A stretch of DNA of 64,000 nt from Eledone cirrhosa (taxonomy: Eukaryota), in NCBI GenBank assembly GCA_964016885.1, contig OZ024753.1, forward strand, positions 32,674,001 to 32,738,000, read 5' to 3'. The position numbers and the translations under genes are program-made. The stretch's first letter is position 1. Each line of letters begins with the position of its first letter. Shown here piece after piece: positions 27,960 through 46,324 of the stretch. A model generated the notes under the pieces. That model did not search any database. It saw only the letters and a list, made by a program, of their open reading frames with translations, and was not told where the DNA came from.

Positions 27960-28734
27960 CAGTTGGTATTTCCTACAAGTGTTACCTGTTACAGCATTCA
28001 ATGTTTTACATGAACTGGATATTCAGTTTGAAATGTGGGGATGAATACCAACATCCATCCATTTGTTACTGGTGTAATACGTAGAGTGTGTATATTAAGA
28101 ATGACATCTACATTACAGTTCAACATATTTCATTCGTAATAGAGAGGAACATATTCCAATTCTAATTTCTATTGCGTCTAATGACCAAATCGATCCGAGA
28201 GTCGAGCTGATTGTAAACTTTAAGGCTTGGCCATGTATAACATACATCTTACGCGTGATTTCGAATAAAAAAAAATCTTATATATAATTAACTAAAAGTC
28301 ATTTTGTACATGGAATTTGGGATCTGAATATAACATATTCCTGAAATATGGCAATTTTGAAGCGGTAAATACTTCTACTAATACTGGTTACCATAACCTC
28401 TACTACTAGCGATACCACCTCCACCACTGCTACTACCCCTTTCAACAATAGCACTAATATTACCACTAGTACTAATGATTTGGCAGCTAGTATCCTTACA
28501 TATTGTTAGAAACTGTAAGTACTAATACCACTTGAACAGTTTTCACAACATATATAATAAATTTACACCTACAGTACACTTTCCTTACTGTCGAGAGAAA
28601 TAGAGAAATATTTCTATTAATTAATTTTCAACATTTTATTATTAAGTTTGTTTTATTAATTGAAGGAAATATATAACAATATAATTATTAAATAAAATGA
28701 TATATTTTTCACCACAGAAATCCAATATATTCAC

Positions 28735-31410
<2,676 letters not shown>

Positions 31411-31711
31411 TACGCAAATGAGGAGTGTATGTATGTGTGAAAACAAAGGGAATATGTTAAACATGTTAGACAAGAGAGGTTGATTAAACAAATATGAAAT
31501 ATTCTTTCATCATTGAAAATATGACTAAATTAGGAGGTAACACTGTGTTTTCCAATTTTTATATTAGATTATTTCATCAATTGAAATATGGACTTAACAT
31601 TTGTACATACAGTTAATATAATACACATGTATGGAGCCATATGAATGCATGTGTGTAGTGCACATACGCACAAAGACCAACATTCGAATAATATATAATA
31701 CACATAAGTAT

Positions 31712-31803
<92 letters not shown>

Positions 31804-31840
31804 TCCATATACTGAAGGAGAGATTTAATATTCATATATA

Positions 31841-32021
31841 TTTGTTTCTACTTTAGGCACAAGGCCAGCAATTACCCAGTTCATTACTGGTACTTTATTT
31901 TATCGACCCCGTAAGGATGAAAGGCAAAGTCAACCTCGGCGGGATTTGAACTCAGATCGTAAAGGGACGTAACTATGCTGGAAAGCATGGCGTCCGACCC
32001 TCTACCGATTCTGCCAATCCA
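31841..32021 (-). mobile_element. Young short-form SINE
   Basis: Near-identical to the 27414 and 58372 copies; no clear TSD. Confidence 0.9.
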
Positions 32022-32452
32022 GTTGAAAAGTAAGTCCAGTTACACTGGAGTTTCGCCTGTTTATGACAGGGTCAACGGATGACCTTGTGATAAACACACA
32101 TATATATATATACACACACATAAACATATACATACATATATATACACATATACACACATCTACACACAACCACACGTGGCTGAGTGATTGGAGACTTGGA
32201 TTCGCAATCGTGAGGTTCTGATTTTGATTCTCAGACCAGGCAATGCGTTATGTCCTTGAGCAAGTTACTTTATTTCACTTTGCTCCTTCTGCCTACGATT
32301 GCGACCGACAGATAGCATCAGCATTTGGAAAGATCAATGGAAACTCTGTTTTCTCTGTTCGATTTGACGAGCTCCACCCCACTCGTTAAGCGAATGAGGT
32401 CGGGGATCTTGTCGATCGACTATCGATATATATATATATATATATATATAGC

Positions 32453-32654
32453 TTAAGATGGTAATATGGACGAAACAAGAGAAGAGACCCTTCATCAGCT
32501 GTTAACTGCATGTCATAGATGTTTTAAACGCCGAAATATCTATGATCTTCAGTTAACAGCTGATGAAGGTTCTCTTCTCTTGTTTAGTCCATATTACCAT
32601 CTTAATCTTTGTTTACAGTAACCACACATCCAGCTTCGTTTCTTGTAATTTTGT
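32453..32654 (+). mobile_element. Fold-back mini-element between TA arrays; probable Penelope-like 3' fragment with inverted 5' arm
   Basis: Arms 32453-32524 and 32534-32605 are imperfect inverted repeats, followed by a unique tail; contains GAAATATC...CTGATGAAGG. Confidence 0.6.
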
Positions 32655-32664
32655 ATATATATAT

Positions 32665-32893
32665 ATAGGAAAAAGTTTAGCCCCGACGGCAGAGCTCAAT
32701 TAGCGTGGTAAATATATAGCCCATTTATTTACCACGCTAAAAATTCTAATTTAGTCCAGAAATAGCCGTCGAATCGGCTTGAGCTCTGCCGTCGGGGTTA
32801 AACTTTTTCCTATTACCCACACAACTACACTAAGTACTGAGTACTCTGGTGCGTTGTGGTCCATCTGGTTCCTTACCACACCTCGTTCGTTTT
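32665..32893 (+). mobile_element. Second fold-back mini-element between TA arrays, with nested inverted repeats
   Basis: Outer arms 32665-32699/32779-32813 (35 bp, one difference), inner arms 32700-32714/32726-32740, 80-bp unique tail. Confidence 0.6.
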
Positions 32894-34768
32894 ATATATA
32901 TATATATATATATATGGTATATCTCTATCACAATAACTAGCTTCAATGTCGACAGTTTTTATTAAATGCAGCTCCGAACCTACATCACATGGTATGTCTG
33001 TATGATTGCGCCATTCCTCCGATTCGTTTTTGCTTTTAGTATCGGATCAAGTCCAACAATGTCTACATCAGTGAAATGCTGAGACCATCTTATAAGCACA
33101 TTTTCCCCCACCATTCTTCTCCCCACACTAAATTACTAACATTGTGTAAATATAAGAAATTAATTATTACATCAACTGCTTTAATTAGCAGTTAATTTAT
33201 CTTCTTGCCATACATACATTAATAGCCTAATAATTAACTGTGATGACTAACTCGTCTCACTCTCATCAACATGCTCTTCAGCAGTAATCACATAACACAA
33301 ACAACGCTATATTCCACCTCACCACTACACCACTCGTCGCACAAGCACCACACTGTCCCATTACTCCATCACGCAATTTCACTACTTCATTACACACGCG
33401 CCCAGCCCGACCACACCATCACACAATCCCTCAAGTGGTGTGCTTCTCTTCATATTATCACTCTTGTGTCTTCTTAATACATACATCATCGATTGTTTAA
33501 CATTATGAAGTGAAAAGCCAAATAATTGGTCTAATTTTATTACTTGTAAAATAAAAACAAAACTGTCATTTAAACACGTCAACGAGGGAACGATTACGTA
33601 GATGCACGTGTTGCTAAAATTAACGGCTAGATTTCCATCAAACCACACAATACCACACGATAAATGGCTTTACACATTAAATAATATAAAACTAAAACAG
33701 GCTCTTGTAGAAGAAATGTTAAGACTGTTACTGTATGAACGCCGTTGAACATAGCCCTGTTTATGAAGGGCAAAACAACAGCACCTGCCATGTTTATTAG
33801 TGAGGACTCACATTATCTACTGTTCTGTATACCTTATCCTTTGTCCTCCAGTTCCGCTCTAGTCACTTTAGCCTAACATCCATTTGTGATTGCTAAAATA
33901 AAGTATCAATCAAGTACTAATGTCGATGGGATCGAATTGTTGCCTCCACATAGCGCAAAATCACTGGGTTTTTGCCTACATTAGAAACTATGATTAGGAA
34001 ATTGGATAATATCAATATCGTTCTTCAATTTCCTTTTGGAAATGATCTTTCTGTAGCATTCATTACTAAACCAATCTTTTACTACACTGTCCCTTTGCAT
34101 TTTACCAGCGAGTGTACTTTAGGCTTTTGTGACTATTTCTACTGAAATAGATTGCATTTCCTTTTCATTTAATATATTGAGAATAATAACCAAGAATGTG
34201 GTAAGTGTTAGTATAATAAATGACTTCGTCGTGATAATGATTGAGCTTCGAATATATCTAATACAAATGTCATTAAATGAATTTAATTTAACGAAAGTGA
34301 ATTTTATAAAACTAGGATAGTGCCTGGAAAATAATTTAACAAAAAGGTATTTAAATATATTTACGTCAGAAAATCAGCACATTTAAAACTGAAAGTTTAT
34401 ATCTTCCGACCAGAGGCAGTGTTAGTCGGATCAGTAATAAAAGAGAAAAAATATGAGATAATATTAAAAGTTGAATTATTGATTACTGACAGGAAATAAG
34501 ATATGTTAATGCATGCATTCAATCTATATCTAAACTTAATATTGTTGACAGTATCTAATTTGTTATACACGGCCTAATCATTGCATTTTCCTTCCAGTAA
34601 TAGACAACGATGACATTAATATATCAGAACAGTTGAGAGTGAAAACAACAAAAACAAGATTATTTGATTTATGTAAGCACTAACTATTACTTTTTTTTTT
34701 TATTATATATAAAGTAATTTATATATTATATATTATATATATTTAAATATACTTACGTCAGAAAAAAA

Positions 34769-34806
<38 letters not shown>

Positions 34807-36134
34807 CGGGAGAGACTAACATGTAATTTAAATATATAAAAAAATGAATGAATTGACTTATAATAAAATTCTAATTAATTATAAATGATTTCCGATCAGT
34901 ATCCTTTCGAAACATATACTGATTAGTTACTACTGAATTTACATTTATTATGTTTTTTTATTTTTTTATTATCGAATAAGAAATAAACGTCTTTCGCTTT
35001 TACAACCGATGGGACAGGTTAATTTGCTATTATCAGTTCTACTAATCCCACCTTGATTACATATTTTTGTGCAGAAGTAACCCCAAGGTCACAGTTGTGA
35101 GCATTTTATAACTGGTGATGCCACTTTCTCTCTAGGTCTGAACGCAGCCGATTTTTAGAAAGAACGATAAAGAGAGAGGGAGAGGTAAAGAGAAAGAATA
35201 TTTCCCCAATATTGTATTGATAATTTATTTATCGACCTCGAAAAGGTGAATGGCAAATTTGCCATCGGTGGGATTTGAACTGAGAGTATAGTGAGCCGAA
35301 ACAGAAACTGAGGCATTTTTAATCCGCCAAACCTTTGATCATTTCCAAACAGTTATTGATTTATCTACACTACAGTGGTCATGCCCAATGGAAGTTTAGT
35401 AAATATTTCCAATGATAACATCTATCAGGAACACATCACTCCTGCAAGTGTTGGTTCCTTTTAAATATATCACTGTTACATGGATAACAAGAATTGTATT
35501 TGCCATTTATACAATTAACTTGACATTATATTTTTTGTTGCTTTCTTCTGAGCTATTTTCCAAAAGAATGAACATTTGAAAAAGAAACAAAAGAGAAAAG
35601 GTTTAAAAGATTTCTATTACCGTGTTTGTATTTTTTTGTTATACGAAAATAAAAACAAAACACAATTGCATTCATTTTATATGAAATTTATGTATATCTC
35701 AAAAGAAGGATGACTTGGAAATAAATCTCGTGTGTTTGTATATTTGATGTTAAGCTAGATTATTTGAGAGTACTGGCTCTTTACTTCTTGCTATAGATTT
35801 ATATCATATATTATTTGCTATTTCTCGGGAAACGCACTATTAAATTATCAACAATACTGGAATGTATTTTTACTTGCAAAGTTTACAAAACATTGCCGAA
35901 CATAATATCAAAAGTTTGAAAAAAAAAAAAAGTCAGTAAGACAAATAGATACAGATAAGAGATGATAAAATATAAACATATATAAAAGAAATATATAAAG
36001 GTAAAACCAACCAAACGAAAACGTTAAAATATTTATGGTTAAATGCTACATGGAACCTGTCTTTAAAATACGCACTTGTAGGCAGCGAATCTGCTATTAG
36101 AAAAATAATATCACAGGACAGTTGTAAAAGTTTA

Positions 36135-36141
36135 TATATAC

Positions 36142-36214
<73 letters not shown>

Positions 36215-36425
36215 CATATATATATATATACATACATATATACATACATATATACATATACATACATATATACATATACATATATACATATACATACATA
36301 TATATACATACATACATATACATACATATATACATATACATACATATATACATACATATATACATATACATACATATATACATATACATACATATATACA
36401 TACATATATATATATACATACATAT

Positions 36426-36474
<49 letters not shown>

Positions 36475-36558
36475 CATACATATATACATACATATATATA
36501 TATACATACATATATATATATACATACATATATACATACATATATACATATATATATA

Positions 36559-36590
<32 letters not shown>

Positions 36591-36639
36591 CATACATATA
36601 CATATATACATATATACATACATATATACATATATATAT

Positions 36640-36704
<65 letters not shown>

Positions 36705-36776
36705 TACATATATACATATATATATACATATATATATACATACATATATACATACATACATACATACATACATACA

Positions 36777-36812
<36 letters not shown>

Positions 36813-37056
36813 TATATACATACATATACCTACATATACATACATGTGTATATATAAATATATATGTATAGACATGTATACATATATATATACATGTGTA
36901 TATATATACATATATATGTATATACATACATATATATGTATATACATATATACATGTATATATATACATACATACATACATACATACATACATACATACA
37001 TACATACATACATACATACACACATACATACATACATACATACATATACAAACACT

Positions 37057-37100
<44 letters not shown>
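36135..37100. repeat. (TA)n/(TACA)n compound microsatellite
   Basis: Direct inspection. Confidence 0.95.
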
Positions 37101-37101
<1 letters not shown>

Positions 37102-39110
37102 TTTCATTCATTCATTCAATATATCATATTTATTGCTAAGATATGTGATATTGTCGTGTTTATGGTTATGTGGCGCAATTGATCATCAACATATATTGAT
37201 AATATATTTCGTTTTATAGAGAGATGCTGATATTAATAGAACAAACGTTGATTTATGCAGCACCGACAACACATGGTACACATGGACATTATGTTCTTCT
37301 GTTTAATCAAGCTATATTTCAGTATATTTATATTGTTAAAGATAACATTATTTCTCCGTTCTGGTCCTCGGTTTCCACGATAGACCTCATCCTTTCAGTG
37401 TATTTTAAATAAGAAGAAATGTCCCGAGGCAACTGTGAATGGTTCATAAATGGAAATATATGTTACTGTTGTTTGATGATCGAGGGCGCAACATGGCCGA
37501 ATTGTTAAGAAATTCACTTCGTTACAATTAGGTCCTGGATTCGACCCACGGCGTGTCATCCTGGTGATGTGTCATTTGCCATAAGCACGGGTCGGGTTAT
37601 GCATTGCGAATGAGATGGGTAAGACAAGTTGTGAGGATTGTACATGTAATTTGCACATGTCTACGTCTTGTTTGAATCTTAGTTAACGAAATCTTTTCAA
37701 CTCCCCATCTGTTATACGTTAGACCCGAACCGTATTTATGTAAGTGTACGGTAATCTCGCCTGAGGTATTTTCCTTCGGTTATATAGCATATTGTTGATA
37801 TGTGCATTTTTATATAAATGTATGTGTGCGTGTGCGTATGTACGTTTTAAAGCTAATATTATTGAAGTTGGTGAAAGCTAACATTATTGAACAGGTCATT
37901 AGAACAACTGTATCATTTAACATGTGTTAATTCCTTGACATCTTTGAATAGCAGTTTTCGACCAACGCTCACATTTAAAACAGGATTATTCTTAAAGGGC
38001 ATGCAATCTGGTTAATGGCGCCATACAAATTACGTCTTAAAATTATATTTTCCACAAAGAACTAGAAACTGAAAGCCGTCAGCTTATTAGTTAATTCAGT
38101 GCATTCTACGTTACATTGTATATTTAAATGATTATTTCTACTGCATCATCTTTGTTGGCTTAATATTGAATGAAATCGTATTTCAAAAAGTAAGCTTTTT
38201 TTTTTATTTTATCTTCTCATCTGTCTTTTTTCTGTTTTAAAAGTACAGAATAGTTTAGCGAATAGAGGAGGCGTCAATAAATGGGGAAAAACAACATAAA
38301 AATGTTAGAGACATTGACACATCTAGGTATCTTTTCTCCTCCATCCAGTCTATAAATTATGTCGCACACAACAACCAAAGAATTCATATTTTTCACCTGA
38401 ATATATGAGAACGTCAATAAAATATTAGTTTAATTAATGTATCCATTTTACTGTTAAAATAGTATGGTAAACCACGGCTATTGGACTAAGAAAATTCCCT
38501 TCGCAGCCATTTATTAACAGGCTTGATTCAGCTGCGTGGTATATCTTCACTTATACTATATAGGAAATCGTGGACACCTCATTAAAAGTTACTCAGTGAT
38601 TGAAGAATGTCAGTTACTATAATTAGTTTTACGTATGATGTATCTGTATGTTAGTGTTTAGTATATATTTTGATATTAGTTCATCCTCAATAGAAGTCTC
38701 TTCAAATGTCAGAATATAAACTGAAAATTGACACACTGCTAATGCGCGAAGATGCTATAAAATAGGGTGAAGACACTTGAATATGGGAAAAGTTTGTAAA
38801 ATCGAAACCCATATCTCCGAAATAACGTCTCTCTGGGAGATATATGGTGTTTGACTCCTCGTAGCGCGGGCGATGGCAACTTCCTTTTCCGTCTTTAAAG
38901 GCCTTTGCCTTATTTTGTAAGGTATTTTATAGCATCTACGTATATAAACACGCCATTCTTTATAGTAACGTTATCACCTGAGCGCTTCGTAAAAGCCTGA
39001 TAGATCGGCTATGCAATGAAATACCTATTACCGTTGGTAAATCACTGATGAGGGACTCATTTTATAACATGTTATCCATGTGCAACCATGCAGTATTCTT
39101 CTCCCCATTT

Positions 39111-39141
<31 letters not shown>

Positions 39142-39148
<7 letters not shown>

Positions 39149-39337
39149 GGAGCTTCTACAGGACTAGTACTGTTTCATTCAGATGAAATCTTCAGGAAGC
39201 CCTTCCTGAAGAGTTCATCTGAATGAAACAGTACTAGTCCTGTAGAAGCTCCTTCTATAAAATAAAAAAATTTTACTCTGCCATGTATTGAGTACCTTAC
39301 TTACTGTGGTTATCCCCGACTCAACCCGGGACCTACG
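39142..39337 (+). mobile_element. Fold-back hammerhead-bearing mini-element in a (TA)n array
   Basis: 58-bp arms 39142-39199/39202-39259 (one mismatch, 2-nt spacer), then a unique tail ending CCTACG before the TA array. Confidence 0.8.
39202..39248 (+). ncRNA. Type I hammerhead ribozyme
   Basis: CTTC-CUGAAGA-GTTC(ATCT)GAAT-GAAA-CAG(TACTAGTC)CTG-UA-GAAG: all three stems pair, predicted cleavage after GUA at 39244, loop III contains the palindrome ACTAGT. Confidence 0.82.
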
Positions 39338-41727
39338 TATATATATATATATATATATATATATTGCTTAGGCGGTATTTGCTTGCATCTTCCGTCGATT
39401 TATCATGTAGCGATCACGTGTCCTCCTCTTACATATCTTATGTTGATATCTATTGAATTTATGAGTAATTCGTTGGTAGATATATTCTATTCTGCATAAA
39501 TTTCTTCATTCAGTAATAGTGGATATTTCTAATGTCCCTACAAACAAATCTATCAGCGCTAAAAATATTTCTCTTGGAGCTATCCTATACAATATTCATA
39601 CTATTGCATGCCACCTGTCTTATGGGAGATACTATTCAGGACATTATGAAATTACGGGTTAAGGTTTATTGATGATAGCACGTCATTTAAAGTCGAAGTT
39701 GGAACAAGTTCACATTAGATTAATTCCAGCCAATCAGAAAGTTTACTATGAAGCTGATTAATTGTGGCGTTTATCAAAGTGTACTTTCCTGTGCAAATTT
39801 GAATACTTTTAATTATCATGCTGGCTTAGTTTCGGTATTGAATTAGTTTGCAATTGTAAGCATTATATCATAATAATCGTCGATTATTATTATGTGACGA
39901 ATTAGTACAATCATTAGTTCGTAAAATAAAATGCCATGCGGTGTTCACTCCTGTACTCTGAGTTCGAAATCATGACATGATCGATATACAAAATGTCAGT
40001 CCAGTACTGATGTCTATTTTCTCCTTCCCTTTCTTTCACACTCTCTGTTTTGGAATAAAATGACAGTAGTGGAACACTAAGTGGGATGTGTATCCTTCAG
40101 GTTTGACTGCCTAAGTCATGCCTTATGGCATAAAGTAGTCATTACAATACCATCGTAATTTATATCTTCAATGAATGAACAAAACATTATTAAACGTATA
40201 ATAATTTTAAAACGAGGGTTAGACGAATAGAATTACTATATTATTTACAGCGCTAGTGTTCTGGGTCTCTAAACCACCACCCTACTTACTATGATCTCAA
40301 TGGAGATTACTATCTGTAAAAAGGAACCTAGCGAGGTGAGGTGAACTGTTTCTTCCAGCGCATCTCCCACCCAATCGTCCAGAAAAAACAAGGCATTCAC
40401 CATTCTTTGTAGGAGGCTATGAAACAACAACAAAAAACATATATACATTTGATAACTAAATAATTATGCATAAACAAATATATATTCTAGAGTTACAAAT
40501 GAAATTATATATAGGGATTTCAGTTACATTTTATTTAAAAGTTCATCGGAGCAGAAAATGAAGGAGTTTACCTTACAGCTCAGGCAACAGATAATGCTAC
40601 CTAGTCGTGTATGCTACATAGCAAAAGATAAAAATAATAACGCGTCGATGAAACAACACTGTTAATACTTAGTTTTAAAATACCAGAATTCTACTCTAGA
40701 ACGTTTGAATTCAATTCCTCAGGGACTTAGAGGTGGTAAAAATATTATATCGGAGTAACGATAAATAAAGTTATCTCTAATTTCGATATAAGAATATAGA
40801 AAACTATCTGTAAAATAACTTAAGTGATAGATCGTCTCTGTAGTATTGTGATGTAACACTAATATGTGTGGCATGTAAGATAATACGCATAACTACAGCT
40901 GCCAAAATTTCAAGTAGATATTTTCTTCAAAAGAGATAGAAAACAGTAGTTTGTCATAAATTATATACATAACACTAGTTCCTGACATATTTGTGTTTGC
41001 CAAAACTCTAAATGAAATATAGACTTTAATTCATTTAGAAATTAGCAAACGGACTCGGTGCTGCACGGATAGAGTCTCAAAGTAAGAAAAAACAAAATTT
41101 AAGGATATTTTGAGTACTATTTTCAGGCTTTTTGGTGCATACATACATATATACATGAATACCTTTAGATACTACAGCTTCACCAAATGTTATAAAACAC
41201 ACTGAATGTGGAAAGTTGTTTCCATTTATATATATATATATGTGGGGGGGGGGAGCGGGGGGTTAACCATCTCTCTCATAGACATATATACAAAACCACA
41301 CCTGTCATTTCTAATATAGAATTGTTATTTCTGTTACATATTTTGTCTAGGAAAGTGTATACTAATTACTGATTAGAAATACAGACTTTCTATCCTACCC
41401 GTGCCACTTCTCTATTATACCCACCTAAAGATTATGGGAAGCAGGCGTCAACAATACCTATATACTCTACCTACTTACATATTGGATGGACCCTACCACA
41501 CAGAGAGATAGATATAGGAGAGATACAATGAGTGTATAGCCTACTGACTTGATGATTTGAAATAGGAAGACATATGTTCTTATTCTATAAATATGTGATA
41601 GGAAGAAATAAAGGAAGAAATGTTTTTACACAATAAAATATAGGATATAGATTAATATTACCTACCACACTGTTGTTGAATACTGATACACATGCGCACG
41701 CACACATGCACACACACACACACACAT

Positions 41728-41785
<58 letters not shown>

Positions 41786-42458
41786 TCTATTTAGTAAATA
41801 GCATTCACAGAAATGCCAGAGCATAGATAAATATCAAGGGAAACATAAAGGAGTGTATTTCCATACTGATATGCTGACAGTTTGTATATAATTTCAAAAC
41901 ATTGTTTGTCCATAGTATCTGCCTGTTTCACTTATTTACATAAATAATAGATACATAAAAGAGATCAAATATTGCTACATGATGTCTTGTTCATTGTTTG
42001 TAATTATGTAGATACTATAAACTCTCATGAGAAAATCATACAACAACCATCCGAAACTGATCATGAAATTAATACATTGACACATAGCAATTATTTCAGT
42101 CTTTCAGAATGTCATCTCACAGTGACACTAAGTAACGTATATTTAAACAAACGACATAAAATATTTTAGCTAATTAAGACGACATCAGCTTATTTTGGTT
42201 TTATTAATCTCAAAGATAAAGGTAAGTACCAGTTGGAAGGATATCTAGTGAATTATCATGGTATATTTTATACAACTTAAATGAGAAATAGGAATATCAG
42301 GGAAATTACATCATAAATGGATGTCAAAATATATGAATGTTTTGCAAGTAGACAACTTTAAATTGTGATTAACTACGTCCATTTGTGTAAGGATACGTAA
42401 TTCGTTTTCATCAAGCTTTGTGTTATGATTTAACATATATATAATTATTTAATATTTA

Positions 42459-42544
<86 letters not shown>

Positions 42545-43386
42545 TCTCTCTCTCTCCCCCTCTCTTTCTCTCTCTCTCTCTATCTCTTCCTGTGCAGTCA
42601 TTGGACATGTTGTATCATATTAATTTTGATAATTACAAAAGTACCGAAATATGTATAGTCAATAACCAAAATCACAACAATAACATCGTTCAACATCTGA
42701 CGGGGTACTTTCTCAAATTTTTGTTAAATAAACAGATTGGTTTGAGAAAAGTAACTAAAGTTTAAGATATTCATTTAAATATAAGATTCCCTTTGCCAAA
42801 GAACCATTAGAGACCCACTTGAAATATTCTCATGTATTAGCCTTTCCATGAGTCCATGATGACATATTTCACTCAGATCATCGTCAGTGTTGCCCAGGCA
42901 AATCCCATAACGAATAGCTCGATACAGGCTAGCCCACCGACGCCCTACCGATTCTACCAATGCGCCTTATATAATGATTATGCAACCAACAATAATAATG
43001 GACCCTATAAAAAAACCTATAGGTAAGAGAAAATGCAAAAGTGTATACAATTGAATTCTGAGTAATTGAAATTAAGATACAATATTTCTTCTAATTTAAA
43101 AAAGAAAATTCTATAGAAATAAATTATATTTTTTAAAAAAGTGATTTTAATGGAAAACTAAATTAATATCGTAATGTTGCCCTACTTATAAACTTGGTTT
43201 CAATAAAATAGCTTTACTTTGATAATTATCTTTCCACACTGTAATTACGTAAAAAAAGGTAAAATCATTTAGCATAACTATATATAAAACGTGCGAGAGA
43301 ACATGTAGACAATATGACGTTAGGAACAAGAATCATCTATACGATCAAAGATACTCAGGCACACAACTATATACACACACACACAC

Positions 43387-43453
<67 letters not shown>

Positions 43454-43678
43454 TATATACGGGGTAACAATTATTGTTATATGTAGTCCACTTAGCGTGA
43501 AAATAAGCGGATAGCGATCTCTAGACCTACCAGTTCAGAGAAACAATTGTCAGCAATGAGATTAAAAACCTTTTTTGTATAGCAAACCGTGTCACGCTTC
43601 TTTCCTGATTTATATATATATATATATATATATAATTGCAAAGGAACATACAGGAAGTCAGTATGTATGAATACATAG

Positions 43679-43766
<88 letters not shown>

Positions 43767-43908
43767 ATCACTTTAACTTATTTGCGTAACATTAAAAAAT
43801 AAAAGAAACCATAGGTACTTGGATAGTCATAAATCACTTGACATTGACGATCTCTGCTATATGTATGCGACTTATATAATACCCGGTGATCTGAGTAAAA
43901 TAAATAAT

Positions 43909-44092
43909 TGTTTCTACTTCTGGCACAAGGCCAGCAATTACCCAGTACATTACTGGTACTTTATTTTATCGACCCCGTAAGGATGAAAGGCAAAGTTAAC
44001 CTCGGCGGGATTTGAACTCAGACCGTAAAGGGACGTAACTATGCTGGAAAGCATGGCGTCCGACTATCTACTGATACTGCCAATCCACCGCC
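43909..44092 (-). mobile_element. Young short-form SINE with 18-bp TSD
   Basis: CTGAGTAAAATAAATAAT at 43891-43908 and 44093-44110. Confidence 0.93.
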
Positions 44093-45849
44093 CTGAGTAA
44101 AATAAATAATATATACTAACAGTCTTTTCAAAATATTTTATTTCTAAAGCTTCGGGGGAATTGTACGTAAATCAAGTGCAATGTTTATCGTGTAGGCTTG
44201 CGATATATCCCTATATCCTTAACATAATCAATGATACACAATTTTCTATCTTTTATATCGTTGTATATATGTCTTTCTTTGCTCCATTCTGTTACTTGCT
44301 CATCTGGAAATTGCTGCTCATGTAAATATGATATCGTGGATAAGTAGGAATAATGTTTCTCAGAATCTATTACATAATATAAATATGATATACAACAAAA
44401 AGCGGTGTGAAATAGGTTTATGAGTCTATCACGATGCACTGTGTGACTGGCGTAAAAGAGCTGTGTTTGGTAAACTACAAACAGCTGAAAAATAGGTGAA
44501 TGATAAACAGTTAATATTCATTAGGAATAGAAATATGAAACACATTATACAAGAATGTGGTGTTGACTATTTCCACTGTAATTGCATTGTGAGTTATACT
44601 TTATGCCCTGTTGTACGAAGTAACGTCGAGAATGAGGAAAATTGTCAGCATGTCGGATAAAATGCTTTGCAGTATTTGAAGTGTATCTCTGCTCGCTGAT
44701 AAGAAATTCCGTCGAAATCACATTTGTCTGTTATCTATTCGGATTCAACAAGCAAAATACTAGTTCCGGGCGTTGGCTTGCCTGAATTGGTAGAATGTCG
44801 GACTGAGGACTTGTGGTTTCAATATCCGGCAACTTTAAATTCTGTGTTTCGCCACCCGCTTTCATATAGCGGGAAACGAGATCTTCGCGAACCAGTTTAC
44901 GATGATTAGCATTCATTTTCAGACAATACACAACACAAACGTAATAGCCACAATATTGTAATAGCACATACACATAATACAGTAATAGCATACATCCACG
45001 AAACAGCAATAATACACATGTACAATACAGAGATAATGCACAGCTACAGTAGAAATATAACAGTCACAATACACAATTAATACTTCTACAATACATGACT
45101 AGAAAACTGATTGAGCAGCGAAAATCTGACAAAACCTAGATTATACTCGTGATTTGGATTGCATGCAAAGTTATATTGGGTCATTAAGTCAGAAACAAGA
45201 TCAACAAAAAACAACAGTTACTGATTCATTGAAAGTATCACTCACCTCCCTTATGTGTGTGTGTAACGGACTATATACGTAAATATTAGAGAGAGCTGAA
45301 ACCATATAAAATATTTGAAGCCATCATATATTGATTAACTGAGTGTCTCTTCATTTGGAAATTGATAATATTCTTTATTTGATAGAGTGTATCGACTCTA
45401 TTTTCTCTTTAACGTCATACAAATAAAATATTTAAAAAAAAATCTATTTAACATCTAATTGAAAACAAACGAATGCGATTGCCGATAAATCTAAAATGCA
45501 AAAAAAAAAAAAAAAAAATTAAAGAGAGGAAATATCGTTGAAAAATTAATACAAAATGAAGTTAATGCTTTGTGTATCAGGTCAGCAGATATAGGTAACT
45601 TATGGTAAAATCATGTGATTACCACTTGAGAGAAGAAGGCGGATGGGGAGGATTGGTGGAGGAGAGGTAGAAAAAGGCATCGAATACGAAGACGAAGACG
45701 AAGAAGGTGATGAAGTCGAGAACATACGTAGAAGGCGAGGTTAAAACATAGAATAGAAACAAAAAGAAGACGAACAAAGAAAAATAAAACCCTCACACGA
45801 AATTTCCAACCTCTGCAGAAAGTTTCATTATGGCACATATTTTTGTAAA

Positions 45850-45852
<3 letters not shown>

Positions 45853-45917
<65 letters not shown>

Positions 45918-45924
45918 TATATAT

Positions 45925-45988
<64 letters not shown>

Positions 45989-46058
45989 CATATATATATA
46001 TATAATATACACACACACACATATATATATATATAGTTATATAATATATATATAATAT

Positions 46059-46112
<54 letters not shown>

Positions 46113-46248
46113 AACACAGATATATATATATATATAATATACACACACACACACATATATATATATATTATATATATATAATATACACGCACACACATAT
46201 ATATATATATATATAATATACACACACACACACATATATATATAATAT

Positions 46249-46279
<31 letters not shown>

Positions 46280-46324
46280 ATATGCACACACACACATATA
46301 TATTTATATATTTATATATATATA
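45853..46324. repeat. Compound (TA)n(CA)n minisatellite
   Basis: Repeating [TAATATA(CA)n(TA)n] units. Confidence 0.92.

Noticed and set aside
38750-38937. 15-bp inverted repeat AGATGCTATAAAATA / TATTTTATAGCATCT
   Set aside because: Could be an old MITE or fold-back, but there is no TSD and no second copy in the window.
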